This document shows, one piece after another, positions 27,901 to 37,668 of a stretch of 64,000 nucleotides of DNA; the first letter of the stretch is position 1; each line of letters starts with the position of its first letter. The notes beneath the pieces are model-generated. The model searched no databases, was not told where the DNA came from, and saw nothing but the letters and a program-made list of their open reading frames with translations. The stretch lies in the IMG/VR virus record IMGVR_UViG_3300015374_000001, positions 1-64,000 of that record; one strand, 5' to 3'. The DNA comes from a virus. The position numbers were made by a program, and so were the translations under genes.

Positions 27901-29447
27901 TGGATATTGCGCAGTATCTATCTGGCGATCCCAAGCTATTACTAGATGGCGATTTGAGTATGCCCGAGCTTGGCATTCAGGCGAAGCTTGAGTACAAGGG
28001 CGACATAATCAATCAAGCTGGTGTTGTAGATCGTGTGTTCATTAAAAGCATCAGTGGTTTAGGCGATCCTGATCTGAGGCTAGTGAATGAATCTAATCCT
28101 GGTGCTCATGGCGAGACTCCATTTGATTCATTTTATGGCGGACGCACACTTACTCTCAATGGACAAATCGAAGCAGCTAAATTCTCAAAGCTCGAAACAA
28201 TGAAGCGTGGCCTCAAGGCCATGTTCAATGATTTAACTGAAGGTCCGCTAGTCTTCCGTACTGGCGATCCAGCGCGCGATGTGATGATCAATTGCCGTAA
28301 GGGTCAACCGATGGCGATGGATGATCAGCAAGACGGTTTCTACATCAAGCGGCCATTCCAGATTTTCCTGCGTGCGTCCGATCCACGTTTCGTGAGCTAC
28401 ATAGAAGAGAACCGGAGTTTCAATATTGGCTTTGCTGATGCCAACTTTGCCGATCTAACTAAATACACCTTTGTATCTGGCCAAGCTAATGTCTCGGTGG
28501 TTGGTGGCGATTTAACTGCTACCGGTTCAGCAGGTGTTAACCGTCGAATTGTTTATAACGGCCAGAACTTTTTAGATCCTAAGGTTTCAACTGGTGTCCA
28601 GACGCCTACTCCTGGTGCTGGTCAGAGTTATCAGTGGGGCCACATGGCCAAGTACGTTGATGCAAATAATCATGTTTATGCCAACGTACAGCGAGACTCA
28701 GCCGGTGTGTCTACGCTTGTTCTGCAAGTAACTGTCGGAGGCACCAACCAAGCTCTTTCATTTGATTCTCAGACTGCTGCTCAAATAACTGGCTGGTCAA
28801 ATAACTCATTACGATGGATGAGAAGCACGATGATAGGCAACGTATTAACTGTTCAACTCTGGACTGGCGATCCAGATGTAGGCGGCAGCACCATGATTCA
28901 TACAGCGACAAAAACGCTTACGGGCACAGCAGCTACAGCGTTAGGTACGGGAGTATCCGGCAAGGGCGGACCTTCTGCTGCTTGGATCGGCAGCGACTCA
29001 ACTGCTTTAGTTAAAATACTTACTTGGCGTGTGGCTGAGAACGGTGCTTTTGCTGGAACGATATTCACGGTTCCTAACAAAGGTGACTGGCTAGCTGAGC
29101 CTACTATTAAAATATATGGGCCGGTTAACTCGACTGTAGCCGGTGGTACAGCGGCGACCATCACAAATAACGCTACTGGTCAATCGATCACGATTAAATC
29201 TCCTGCGGGGAGTACGACCGCTGTACCGTCGAATGCATATCTGAAGATCGATACGCGCGACACAGGTGGACGCAAGATCCAAGAATTCCTTGTAGCGGGC
29301 GATTCTTTGGTTGGCAACCGGTTTGATCGTATCTCGATTGACAGCGACATGATCAAGCTGCAACCAGGCAATAATGCAATCTCAGTGAACTTTGTAACTG
29401 GAACTGTAACGCGGATAGATATGGCGTACCGCCATACCTTTTTATAA
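27900..29447 (+). CDS. distal tail protein (Dit) with inserted beta-rich domain
   Basis: GGRTLTLNG, F.ASDP, VPNKGDWLAEPTIKIYGP, LQPGNNAI; TGATG overlap with tape measure. Confidence 0.8.
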   Translation: MDIAQYLSGDPKLLLDGDLSMPELGIQAKLEYKGDIINQAGVVDRVFIKSISGLGDPDLRLVNESNPGAHGETPFDSFYGGRTLTLNGQIEAAKFSKLETMKRGLKAMFNDLTEGPLVFRTGDPARDVMINCRKGQPMAMDDQQDGFYIKRPFQIFLRASDPRFVSYIEENRSFNIGFADANFADLTKYTFVSGQANVSVVGGDLTATGSAGVNRRIVYNGQNFLDPKVSTGVQTPTPGAGQSYQWGHMAKYVDANNHVYANVQRDSAGVSTLVLQVTVGGTNQALSFDSQTAAQITGWSNNSLRWMRSTMIGNVLTVQLWTGDPDVGGSTMIHTATKTLTGTAATALGTGVSGKGGPSAAWIGSDSTALVKILTWRVAENGAFAGTIFTVPNKGDWLAEPTIKIYGPVNSTVAGGTAATITNNATGQSITIKSPAGSTTAVPSNAYLKIDTRDTGGRKIQEFLVAGDSLVGNRFDRISIDSDMIKLQPGNNAISVNFVTGTVTRIDMAYRHTFL

Positions 29448-31856
29448 ATGGCTGACTTTAGAACTGGCGAAAATTTCTTTGACGAGTCTTTCCGTACTCG
29501 CTGGACCACAGTAGATCCAGGCACAGTAGTACAGACTCACAATAATCAGCTTCAGATCGTTGGCACTGGCGGCGCTAGCTGGTTTCTGAATGGACTTGTC
29601 GATGATGATGGCGACGGCACGCTTAAATTCAAGCTAAGCCGTGATCCCAATACGTATAGGGCACTGCTATTCCGGCGCGCGAGTCTGAGCGCAGGACAGG
29701 CATCGATGTGGATGCTGGCTTTCCAAGGCGATGGTAAGCTCATCCTATATAAAGTAAATGATGCTAACTCTGCTTCACAGGTAGCTGAGTACACAGGCAA
29801 CAAAATAAGCACCGATCCAGAAGAGACATATTGGATCAGAGGGCGAGTTGAAGGCAATAAAATAACGGCTCAGCTTTTCATCAGTGATCCGTTCTTGTCT
29901 TCGGTGCTGCCGACCTACGAATTCAGCTATGACATTGTTGCTGGTGATCAAGCTGAGCTGGGCGCAGGAGTAAACGGGCAATTCGGTGTTCGTTTGTTTG
30001 ACTCTGAGCAGCAGGATTCTGGAATCTCATTAGTCGTTTTCCGAGGGCTTGACCCTTTAGCTGAAACGCTAGACACGATTCCGATCAGCACTCCTGATCA
30101 TATTTGGAAATATATTCTCGCCGATAGCAAGACGTTAACGCCAATAGCTGATGTAACTCATTACGCAAAAGGCAAACAGCTTAGCGTGATCGGCAATAAA
30201 GCTGGCTCGTGTAGTTTTTCTGTGCCGGTTGATCATGAAGACTGGATAGGCATAGAAGAAGGTAAGCACGCGATAATTTGTTATCGCAAGGGTGTACCGA
30301 TTTGGTCAGGCATCATCTGGAATATGAAAGAAGGTCTGCCTGAGAATCAAATGTCGGTCAGTGCAGTTGGTTGGTACGACACACTTAATAACCGCCAATT
30401 GCGTCGTGACTTAGTGATCGGCTCAGAGGCTTCTAAAGTCATTCCTGGCGAAATAGTATTGAGGATTCTGGATGAGGTTAATTTAAAGCAGCGGCGGCAT
30501 TGGTCAGCGACAAACAGCAGACCAGGCTCTAATCCAGTTTTTTCTGTAGCTCTTCAACAAGAAGCTGGTTCTGTTGCTCAGGGAGTTACAGATATCACTA
30601 ATGCTCCCGGCAATACTGCTGGCGGAACCCCGAATAGCTTATTTGGCATTCCAGATGGAATGGCTCTTCATGCCTTTTTCACATTGCCTAGCTTTACGGT
30701 TGGCTTAGAGGGCAACATCATTAGTGCATTAGGAATCAAGAATGATTCTGCGCCGCCTTCTGGTGCCAATGTTTATGCACAGAGAAACTTTTATGTAACT
30801 GTTCAATACGTAAAAGCTATCCCGCCCGCTATACCTAATGACGCAACTCAAATAACTTTTTGGGCTAATTATACTCCTGGCTCGACACCTAGCGGAGCAG
30901 CAGCACCCGCTGGAAATGTCCAAGGCACCACAGGAGTAATAACAGGTGTTTTCCCGGCTTATGTTCGTATCCTTAGGCAGGGAACTAATTTAATAGGCCA
31001 ATGGTCTAAGGACAATATTGACTGGACGACCATCGCTACCTTTGCTGCGCCGTGGGATATGCTCGATGGCGTGTCGGCTGGTGGCCAGCTTTTCACTAGG
31101 GCTTGGGGTAGCCTTTACAACCCGCCGACCAATAACAATCGTCAATTCTTCAATATTAACTTTATTAGGATTGGCGAACCTGAGCCGCTGCAACCGAGCT
31201 ACGTATCACGCGGAACCCAAGGTGATAACTCCGCTACTCGTTGGACTAAATATTCTAAAGATGATGTTATTCAGAACTTGATTAATAACGCTGTGGATAT
31301 CGAAAATGGTATTGATTTTACTATCGATCCCATAACGCGGCAGATGAACACTAAGCCAGGTTCTTTGCAAACAGTAGATTCGCGTAAGAAGCCCGGAGTG
31401 GTATTTGGTTACAACTGGGGGCCACGTAATATTCAAAAGTTTGACCGCGAGAATGACTTCTCTGTGGTCAGGAATAGATTTACTGCTAAGGGCAAGTATG
31501 GAACGGGGCTCCAAGAAAGCGCGGCATCAGAAGATGCGTACAACATCGTGATGGAAGAGACTGCTCAGCTTTCTGAAGTCGTTGACAATAATGTGTTAGT
31601 CACTTTCGCGGCGGGAGAAGTGGCGCTTCGAGATACGCCACGTAAAATTTATTCATTCATACCATTCGCGTGGACACAGGATAGTTCTGTTCCTGAACCA
31701 TTTGTTGATTACACAGTCGGCGATCAGATCAGTCTCTTTGCCAAGCATGGCGAGCGCATCAAAATAGAAGGACTGCCGGTGAGGATCTTCGGCATCAATA
31801 TCGATATCAGTGATGACGGGACTGAGCGTGTGAGTTCACTACAGGTGTCGCCATGA
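29448..31856 (+). CDS. baseplate hub/minor tail protein (Tal/gp37-like) with extra beta domains
   Basis: IWSGII...VSAVGW and DYTVGD motifs; synteny. Confidence 0.7.
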   Translation: MADFRTGENFFDESFRTRWTTVDPGTVVQTHNNQLQIVGTGGASWFLNGLVDDDGDGTLKFKLSRDPNTYRALLFRRASLSAGQASMWMLAFQGDGKLILYKVNDANSASQVAEYTGNKISTDPEETYWIRGRVEGNKITAQLFISDPFLSSVLPTYEFSYDIVAGDQAELGAGVNGQFGVRLFDSEQQDSGISLVVFRGLDPLAETLDTIPISTPDHIWKYILADSKTLTPIADVTHYAKGKQLSVIGNKAGSCSFSVPVDHEDWIGIEEGKHAIICYRKGVPIWSGIIWNMKEGLPENQMSVSAVGWYDTLNNRQLRRDLVIGSEASKVIPGEIVLRILDEVNLKQRRHWSATNSRPGSNPVFSVALQQEAGSVAQGVTDITNAPGNTAGGTPNSLFGIPDGMALHAFFTLPSFTVGLEGNIISALGIKNDSAPPSGANVYAQRNFYVTVQYVKAIPPAIPNDATQITFWANYTPGSTPSGAAAPAGNVQGTTGVITGVFPAYVRILRQGTNLIGQWSKDNIDWTTIATFAAPWDMLDGVSAGGQLFTRAWGSLYNPPTNNNRQFFNINFIRIGEPEPLQPSYVSRGTQGDNSATRWTKYSKDDVIQNLINNAVDIENGIDFTIDPITRQMNTKPGSLQTVDSRKKPGVVFGYNWGPRNIQKFDRENDFSVVRNRFTAKGKYGTGLQESAASEDAYNIVMEETAQLSEVVDNNVLVTFAAGEVALRDTPRKIYSFIPFAWTQDSSVPEPFVDYTVGDQISLFAKHGERIKIEGLPVRIFGINIDISDDGTERVSSLQVSP

Positions 31857-32560
31857 GTACAGTAATTCTCACAGACACGCTCGAACGCATGCTGCGTGAA
31901 ATGCAGAAGGAAATCGATGAGCTTAAACGTGGTGCTGCCATACCTGTTGGCGCAGAGATGCGTTGGCCGCGTTTAATCGATCAAAGCGGAAACATAAATG
32001 AAAACACAGCTAATCGTCCGCCTGATGGATGGTTAGAGAGAAATGGCGACACCCTCTCACGCACCACCTTTAATAGCTTATTTGCTGAGATTGGGACAAG
32101 CCATGGCGCGGGTGATGGATCTACTACATTTGCTTTGCCTGGCGGGTGGAAAGATCTAACGCTAGGCACTAACTGGCGCAGGTTAAGTAATGATCCTATT
32201 TATCAGCCTCAATGCCTGAAGCTAGCTGACGGTTTAGTTTTATTGCGTGGGATTGTCGAGCGCACAAATTCTGTTTATACGCTGCCATCGACAATTTATA
32301 CTTTACCAGCCGGATATCTGCCAGAGAAAAACTTCTTTATCTGGCGTGGTCACCAAGATACTGGCGCTAACTTTGCTCAGCTTCGTATGTTTATAAATGC
32401 GACTACAGGGGTGGCGGTTATTGATCAAGAGCAAGGAACGAATAACAAGCAGTTCTTAGGATCAGGAGGTGCCGCAAATGGTTGCTTCTATTACTTGGAT
32501 GGAACCATTTTCAAGGCATCAAATGCAGGGGCTCCTGAGACTACAATAATTAAAACCTAA
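31853..32560 (+). CDS. tail fibre with collar domain
   Basis: IPVG...PDGWL..NG..LSR..F..LFAEIGT..GAGDGSTTFALP; ends IIKT. Confidence 0.85.
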   Translation: MSTVILTDTLERMLREMQKEIDELKRGAAIPVGAEMRWPRLIDQSGNINENTANRPPDGWLERNGDTLSRTTFNSLFAEIGTSHGAGDGSTTFALPGGWKDLTLGTNWRRLSNDPIYQPQCLKLADGLVLLRGIVERTNSVYTLPSTIYTLPAGYLPEKNFFIWRGHQDTGANFAQLRMFINATTGVAVIDQEQGTNNKQFLGSGGAANGCFYYLDGTIFKASNAGAPETTIIKT

Positions 32561-32835
32561 TGCCCGATCAGCCTTCGAGAAGAAGAAGCAAGAGCGCGCG
32601 GCGAAGTGATGCTGTTGTTGGATTTATTATCCCATTCTTCTTTATCACCATCGCTAGCTATCAGCAGGTGACTCAAGGCAAGATCGATAAATACGTATTA
32701 GGCGCGCTGCTCGTGTTCGGATTAGGCGCATTGGGTTGGCGAATAGATGTTCTGTTTGAAAAATATCTAGAGGCGAAGGCTGCTTCTGTTCGGCCGCTTG
32801 AGAGGCGGGACGAGGAAGTGGAAGATGGAGCTTAG
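32560..32835 (+). CDS. putative holin (two TM)
   Basis: Two hydrophobic helices, charged termini, after tail genes. Confidence 0.5.
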   Translation: MPDQPSRRRSKSARRSDAVVGFIIPFFFITIASYQQVTQGKIDKYVLGALLVFGLGALGWRIDVLFEKYLEAKAASVRPLERRDEEVEDGA

Positions 32836-32847
32836 GCGAACATATCC

Positions 32848-33252
32848 ATGGCTAATAAATTGGCTAAAAGATCATCCTTTCACGTGGGCCGGGTGGATGC
32901 TGGGACTCCTGATCTACCTGTTGGTGATTCTGCCATGAAAAGTAGTTGGATAGACAAAGGAGCAGAGTGGTGGGACAAACTGGGCAATATTCTTAATAGG
33001 CGCCCAATTCAATTTATTCTGACTACTGTTGGAGTGATCGCAGTAGTCATTGCATTCACTATTTTGTTTACCAGAAGTATCGAGAACACAGCAACCCTGC
33101 ATGAGATTCGTGAACAATTTTGTGCTGGCCCCAGGCCGATGACTGATATAGAAAATGAGAAGCGTTGTAATGAATTGTTTGACAAGCTTCTTGAAACTCC
33201 GACCCATTCACAGCGGCAAAAGTTGAAGGAGCTAATAAAGTCAGGAGAATAA
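32848..33252 (+). CDS. single-TM membrane protein with Cys pair
   Basis: TM then C...C; start uncertain. Confidence 0.65.
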   Translation: MANKLAKRSSFHVGRVDAGTPDLPVGDSAMKSSWIDKGAEWWDKLGNILNRRPIQFILTTVGVIAVVIAFTILFTRSIENTATLHEIREQFCAGPRPMTDIENEKRCNELFDKLLETPTHSQRQKLKELIKSGE

Positions 33253-33654
33253 ATGATTTGGCCGTTAAAGCGTAGACACCGAGAAGACGATGTAATAGAT
33301 GATGTTGAATACGCGCTGCAAGAGGCGTGGTTATCTCGGCACGGTCTAACGCGCTTTGTCAGATTCATCCTGACGATATTGATTGCCTTTGTTTCGGTTA
33401 CAGGATTTATTCAGACCAAAGAGCGCGACCGGTGTGAGCAGAGCAAAGCGTTCGTCGGTCTTTATGCCCAATTCCTTGAGCAGCAAGTCGAGTTCAGGAA
33501 GGAAGCCAATAAGAAGCTAGGGCCAAATGATCCTTTGCGTCCGACTGCTGAGGCTGCATTAAAGAATTACCAGACGCAACTTAAATTGCTTCATGATTCT
33601 GGTGATATCAATTGTAATGATGAGTACCCGATTCTGCCGCTCATAGGTATTTAA
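33253..33654 (+). CDS. single-TM membrane protein with Cys pair
   Basis: TM then RC...NC. Confidence 0.7.
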   Translation: MIWPLKRRHREDDVIDDVEYALQEAWLSRHGLTRFVRFILTILIAFVSVTGFIQTKERDRCEQSKAFVGLYAQFLEQQVEFRKEANKKLGPNDPLRPTAEAALKNYQTQLKLLHDSGDINCNDEYPILPLIGI

Positions 33655-34016
33655 TGACTATTTCTACTCAACGCTTCATCTGGTGGGCCTCCGCAGTAAT
33701 TCTGTCTGTGGTGATTGCTCTGATCATAGGTTCAGAAACGAACCGTGACAATCTAATCAACGGTTGTAAACGCAATGGTGATTTCAAAGCAACAGAAGCT
33801 CGCGCCTGGGAAGAGGCTGCGCGGGCTCGTACTAGGGAAGGTGAACTAGGCACAGCAGCAACTTATACGGCTACAGCTAGGCAAATTAGGTTAACAATTC
33901 CAATGCCAAGTGACTGGACCGAAGAGAAAGACGGAAGGAGAGGTGAAGATCTAAATGTGGTAGACGAAGGGTGTCATGAAGCATTCCCTTCTGTTCTGCC
34001 TGGGATTTTAGATTAA
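33654..34016 (+). CDS. single-TM membrane protein with Cys pair
   Basis: TM then GC...GC. Confidence 0.7.
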   Translation: MTISTQRFIWWASAVILSVVIALIIGSETNRDNLINGCKRNGDFKATEARAWEEAARARTREGELGTAATYTATARQIRLTIPMPSDWTEEKDGRRGEDLNVVDEGCHEAFPSVLPGILD

Positions 34017-34019
34017 ATA

Positions 34020-34724
34020 ATGATGGATCGGGCCTCACATTTTTGGGTAACCGTTAAGGATCGCCCACTGGCCCTAATTGGCGCAATAATAGGACTTGCG
34101 ATTTTCGTATTTGCAGTTGTAAATGTGGTGCAAATCAGAACCAAAGTGATCAAGGTAGAGCAATCATCGCCATGTCTCGGGCTAACCACCCGGCAATGCG
34201 CGTTTAAGTTATTGGCTGCTCTGCCAGTCAAGGAGCGCCACCAGATAGAGCGCCAGTATCAGCAGGATATAAATAAAGAACTAGCTAAGCGACTGGTAGA
34301 GGATCGTCGTCAGCAATTAGCTAATCAGGATGGAGGCACCGGAGGGACAGGAGGAACCGGTGGTGGAACCGGAGGATCAGGCGGGCAAATTAATCCGCGA
34401 GGCGGTGATGGAGGGGGAGGAAACCTCACGCCGGGAACGCCGGGACAACCAAATCAACAAACGCCTAGCAATCCTAGTAACCCTACTGTTCCTCCTAACA
34501 GCAGGAACCCTAGTAATCCTAATAATCCTCCTAGCGTAGACGTTCCACCGGTAGACGTTCCTCCAATTAATTTACCACCGGTAGATGTTCCTCCGATTCA
34601 TGTTCCTCCAATCCAAGTGCCACGGCTAGTCCCACAAGTCCCCGACCAGAATTTACTCCCAAAAGTAGAAACTCCAAAGGTGTGCGTTGATATTGATTTA
34701 GTTCAGCCAGGTCTACAATGTTAA
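34020..34724 (+). CDS. single-TM protein with Gly-rich and Pro-rich (VPP) repeats
   Basis: TM, two Cys pairs, GGT and xVPP repeats. Confidence 0.7.
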   Translation: MMDRASHFWVTVKDRPLALIGAIIGLAIFVFAVVNVVQIRTKVIKVEQSSPCLGLTTRQCAFKLLAALPVKERHQIERQYQQDINKELAKRLVEDRRQQLANQDGGTGGTGGTGGGTGGSGGQINPRGGDGGGGNLTPGTPGQPNQQTPSNPSNPTVPPNSRNPSNPNNPPSVDVPPVDVPPINLPPVDVPPIHVPPIQVPRLVPQVPDQNLLPKVETPKVCVDIDLVQPGLQC

Positions 34725-34844
34725 GTCTTGTTCCGGTGGTCCGCGCATCGGGACAGGTGCCGCTCCCCCGGAGGTTGCTCCCCATGGTTTCTTCGCCGCG
34801 CCGTGGGTCGATGCGCCTCCGGGGTTGAGCGCAAAAGGAGAGAG

Positions 34845-35066
34845 ATGACACTTATTCCCACAAAAATTACGCCAAGCCGAGAGGCCAGGCATCTATTTAT
34901 GTCCATGGTAAATTATTCTGATGGTGGCTTAATTAACTTAACGAATACCTTGGCGTTAGCCACTGCCAGAAAATGCGCGGGCATGGACGATCACGAGGCC
35001 GTAGAAGAGCTATGCAGAGCCGGTTGGATAGAAGCTGGCGAAGACGGCGGCTGGCTGCTACACTGA
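34845..35066 (+). CDS. small hypothetical protein (possible winged helix)
   Basis: AAGGAG RBS before ATG 34845; AVEELCRAGWI. Confidence 0.65.
   Translation: MTLIPTKITPSREARHLFMSMVNYSDGGLINLTNTLALATARKCAGMDDHEAVEELCRAGWIEAGEDGGWLLH
35036..35064 (+). promoter_or_regulatory. extended -10 promoter for sRNA candidate
   Basis: TGGCGA-17-TACACT with TG extension. Confidence 0.55.
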
Positions 35067-35070
35067 CGCT

Positions 35071-35215
35071 GCGCTCAAGGTTCAAGCGATCAAACTACCG
35101 GGGCGGTAGCGAGTCAAAGGGGATCTGAGCGCGTTCACATATCCGGCAGCTAATGACCATGACGCTGTTCGGAGGGTGACAAGGGGCGGTCCCAAAAAGG
35201 GCCGTCCTTTGTCTT
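35071..35215 (+). ncRNA. candidate ~145-nt small RNA
   Basis: Own promoter, three stem-loops, terminal GACAAGGGGCGGTCCC/GGGCCGTCCTTTGTC hairpin, no credible ORF. Confidence 0.55.
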
Positions 35216-35252
35216 GGTGGACTAGTCACTGCCTATGAGCTATGATAGCGGC

Positions 35253-36740
35253 GTGAAGCGTGCGCGTGTGGTCGTGGACAGTCATCTTCGCTTGGGCGAA
35301 GACTTTTCTGTGCCATTTCATGAATTGTGCATGGAAGTGATGACGCTTGACAACGAGAAGCACTACAAAGCACGAGCGGCGAACCGCTGGGATTGGCAGA
35401 ATATCCCTAAGACCATTTCTCTCTACAGTATTGAGGATGATCATTTAGTTATTCCTCGGGGCTTTGCGCTAAAGCTAAAGCAATGGCTGCGCGAGGATTG
35501 GGATACACGGGTGCGCTGGATAGATCGCACAGTATGGGAAGAGGGTCCGCACTTTGGCGCAGAAGAGTTTGAATTCCGTAATCACCAGTTGGATGCTGCT
35601 GAAGCGTTTTGGAAGCACCGCCAGGGAATTTACAAATCACCTACTGGAAGCGGCAAGAGCGGTGCTGTTGCTGGATTCCTTTGGCTTCATCATCCTAAGC
35701 GTGCGATTGTTATGGTTGACCGTATTAATCTCGTAGATCAGTGGATTGCGGACTTTAAAAAATTATGTGGAGACAAACTAAACATTGGGGCAATTGGTTC
35801 CGGGCAGTGGTCCGAAGGCCAGGTGACTATAGCTACCGTGCAAACGCTGCACAAGCGGCGCGAGCACTTAAAGAAGGAAGGCTGGTTCAATCAATTCAGC
35901 GCGATGTTCTTGGACGAGAGCCATCACGCAACAGCACAGATGTATCGAGAGCTAGTGAGTCTGTTCCCGGCGAGGATCAGAATCGGCATGAGCGCCACTC
36001 CTGACCAAACAGGGGATTTCGCCATAGCCCTAAACGTCCTTGGGCCGGTCTTCCATGAAGATACATACGACGAAATTAGAGAGGCCGGATTTATTCTCAC
36101 CCCTAAGGTGAAAGTGATCCATACTCCATACCGCTTTAATTATTGGGGCGATCACACTGTTAAGGCAAATGAGGAATGTGATATCCCCAACTGCCCAAAG
36201 ATCGGCACGCCTCACTCACACAAGAATAATTACGGGAAGCTTCGGGCAGATATCGTCCAAGATCTTGAGCGTAATAGGCTGATTGCCAGCACGATCATGG
36301 AATGGCATGGCAAGCATCAACTTGTGGTCAGTTCAGAAACCAAGCATTTAGATGAAATGATTTCTGCGACGGTTGACCAGGGGCTTGCGATGGAAGATTG
36401 CTTCAAGCTCACTGGCAATGATGCGCGCGGACGTAGAGCAGAGATTCGCAAAATGTTTGTGGAAGCGCCACAAGGCGTGTTGTTTTCTACGGTAGCTGGC
36501 GAGGCATTAAATATTCCTGAGATTGATTGTGCTCATCTGGCCTTCCCAACCAAGAATGCCAAGGCGACAGAGCAGAAATTAGGGCGTGCTGTGCGTATTC
36601 ATGAGGGTAAGCCTGGTGCAACTATCATCGATTATGCGGATACTCTTGTTCGAGTTTTAGCAAAACAGTTCAAATCGCGGAGGTGGAAATGTTATGAGCC
36701 ACTAGGGTTAGAAGTAGAGATACTTGATTTCAGTAATTGA
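35253..36740 (+). CDS. superfamily 2 helicase (UvsW/Rad25-like)
   Basis: PTGSGKS, LDESHH, GMSATP, QKLGRAVR; likely leaderless GTG 6 nt after TGGACT-17-TATGAT. Confidence 0.9.
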   Translation: MKRARVVVDSHLRLGEDFSVPFHELCMEVMTLDNEKHYKARAANRWDWQNIPKTISLYSIEDDHLVIPRGFALKLKQWLREDWDTRVRWIDRTVWEEGPHFGAEEFEFRNHQLDAAEAFWKHRQGIYKSPTGSGKSGAVAGFLWLHHPKRAIVMVDRINLVDQWIADFKKLCGDKLNIGAIGSGQWSEGQVTIATVQTLHKRREHLKKEGWFNQFSAMFLDESHHATAQMYRELVSLFPARIRIGMSATPDQTGDFAIALNVLGPVFHEDTYDEIREAGFILTPKVKVIHTPYRFNYWGDHTVKANEECDIPNCPKIGTPHSHKNNYGKLRADIVQDLERNRLIASTIMEWHGKHQLVVSSETKHLDEMISATVDQGLAMEDCFKLTGNDARGRRAEIRKMFVEAPQGVLFSTVAGEALNIPEIDCAHLAFPTKNAKATEQKLGRAVRIHEGKPGATIIDYADTLVRVLAKQFKSRRWKCYEPLGLEVEILDFSN

Positions 36741-36853
36741 GTCACAGTGGCGAAATACGCGGAAGTGTGTTAGGCTGCCCTCAGCGGTGCTCAGACCCGC
36801 TGGACTCGCAGCCTCGGGCAAAGGGCTTGAGGTGCAAAAGTACGGAGGTAGTT

Positions 36854-37429
36854 TTGTTTCAACGAAGGATTCTTTGGATAGTCGGACTTGCCTTAGTGGC
36901 AGCCGCTATCGCTGTGCCTGCCGGTGCGGCTAATTTAATCACCGGCAAGTCGGTCAAGAATAGTTCTCTGACCGGCAAGGACATTAAGAATAAATCCCTC
37001 ACGAAGAAAGATTTCAAGGGATCTATTACTGGTCCGCGTGGTCCGCAGGGACCGGCTGGCCCGCAGGGTGTGCCTGGCAGCAAGGGTGAACTCGGTAATA
37101 CTGGCCCTCAGGGTCCGGGTACCGATCAGCCCGCACTGCCTGGTTTAACTTATCATGTGGGTGAGTCTGAGGAAGTTGGAGTTAACGGAGCTAACGGCTC
37201 GAATATCGTTCAGGTGTCGGCATCTTGCGATCCTGGCGAAATTGCTGTTGGTGGCTGGACTTCATTCGAGCAGGCCGGGGATAACGAGCCCAACTCTTTC
37301 GTCGTGTTTGCGACGTTAGTGCTTGACTCGCCCGACGCTCAGTCGTATTTCGCAATCGTCTTTAATCCAGACGGTTTCGATGAAGATGTGGCTACCCCGC
37401 ATATCGCGTGCGTGCCGCAGACTGCCTAA
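36854..37429 (+). CDS. secreted collagen-like protein
   Basis: GGAGG RBS + TTG 36854, signal peptide, ITGKSVKNSSLTGKDIKN, GXY repeats. Confidence 0.8.
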   Translation: MFQRRILWIVGLALVAAAIAVPAGAANLITGKSVKNSSLTGKDIKNKSLTKKDFKGSITGPRGPQGPAGPQGVPGSKGELGNTGPQGPGTDQPALPGLTYHVGESEEVGVNGANGSNIVQVSASCDPGEIAVGGWTSFEQAGDNEPNSFVVFATLVLDSPDAQSYFAIVFNPDGFDEDVATPHIACVPQTA

Positions 37430-37443
37430 TTAGGTAGACTAAT

Positions 37444-37519
37444 AGAGCCGGGGTTGTATCTGTGGCTGGGATTCTTCACCTAGCCTTAGAAGAGCAGATA
37501 CAGCCTCGGCTCTTCTTTT
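37444..37519 (+). terminator. long-stem intrinsic terminator with inner hairpin
   Basis: AGAGCCGGGGTTGTATCTG/CAGATACAGCCTCGGCTCT plus T tract. Confidence 0.7.
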
Positions 37520-37530
37520 GATACAATCGT

Positions 37531-37668
37531 AAGGCCCTAACAATACCCAACAAAATAGGGTGTTCAGGGTCTTATCAGGTGACCAGGGGGAATCGCGTCG
37601 GAGGGCGGGTTAAATTCATGTGCAGCCTAACCCTCGTTACTAGATACGGTCGCGCCCCCTGGTTCACC
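37531..37668 (+). ncRNA. structured RNA/leader (two hairpins)
   Basis: TG-A-TACAAT upstream; AAGGCCCT/AGGGTCTT and GGTGACCAGGGGG/CCCCCTGGTTCACC stems. Confidence 0.5.

Noticed and set aside
34330-34640. DNA repeat array or DGR variable region
   Set aside because: Repeats are explained by Gly- and Pro-rich protein sequence; no reverse transcriptase or template repeat seen
34743-34824. HDV-like/theta ribozyme
   Set aside because: Crossing helices are present but there is no P1.1/P4, catalytic-C junction or typical L3
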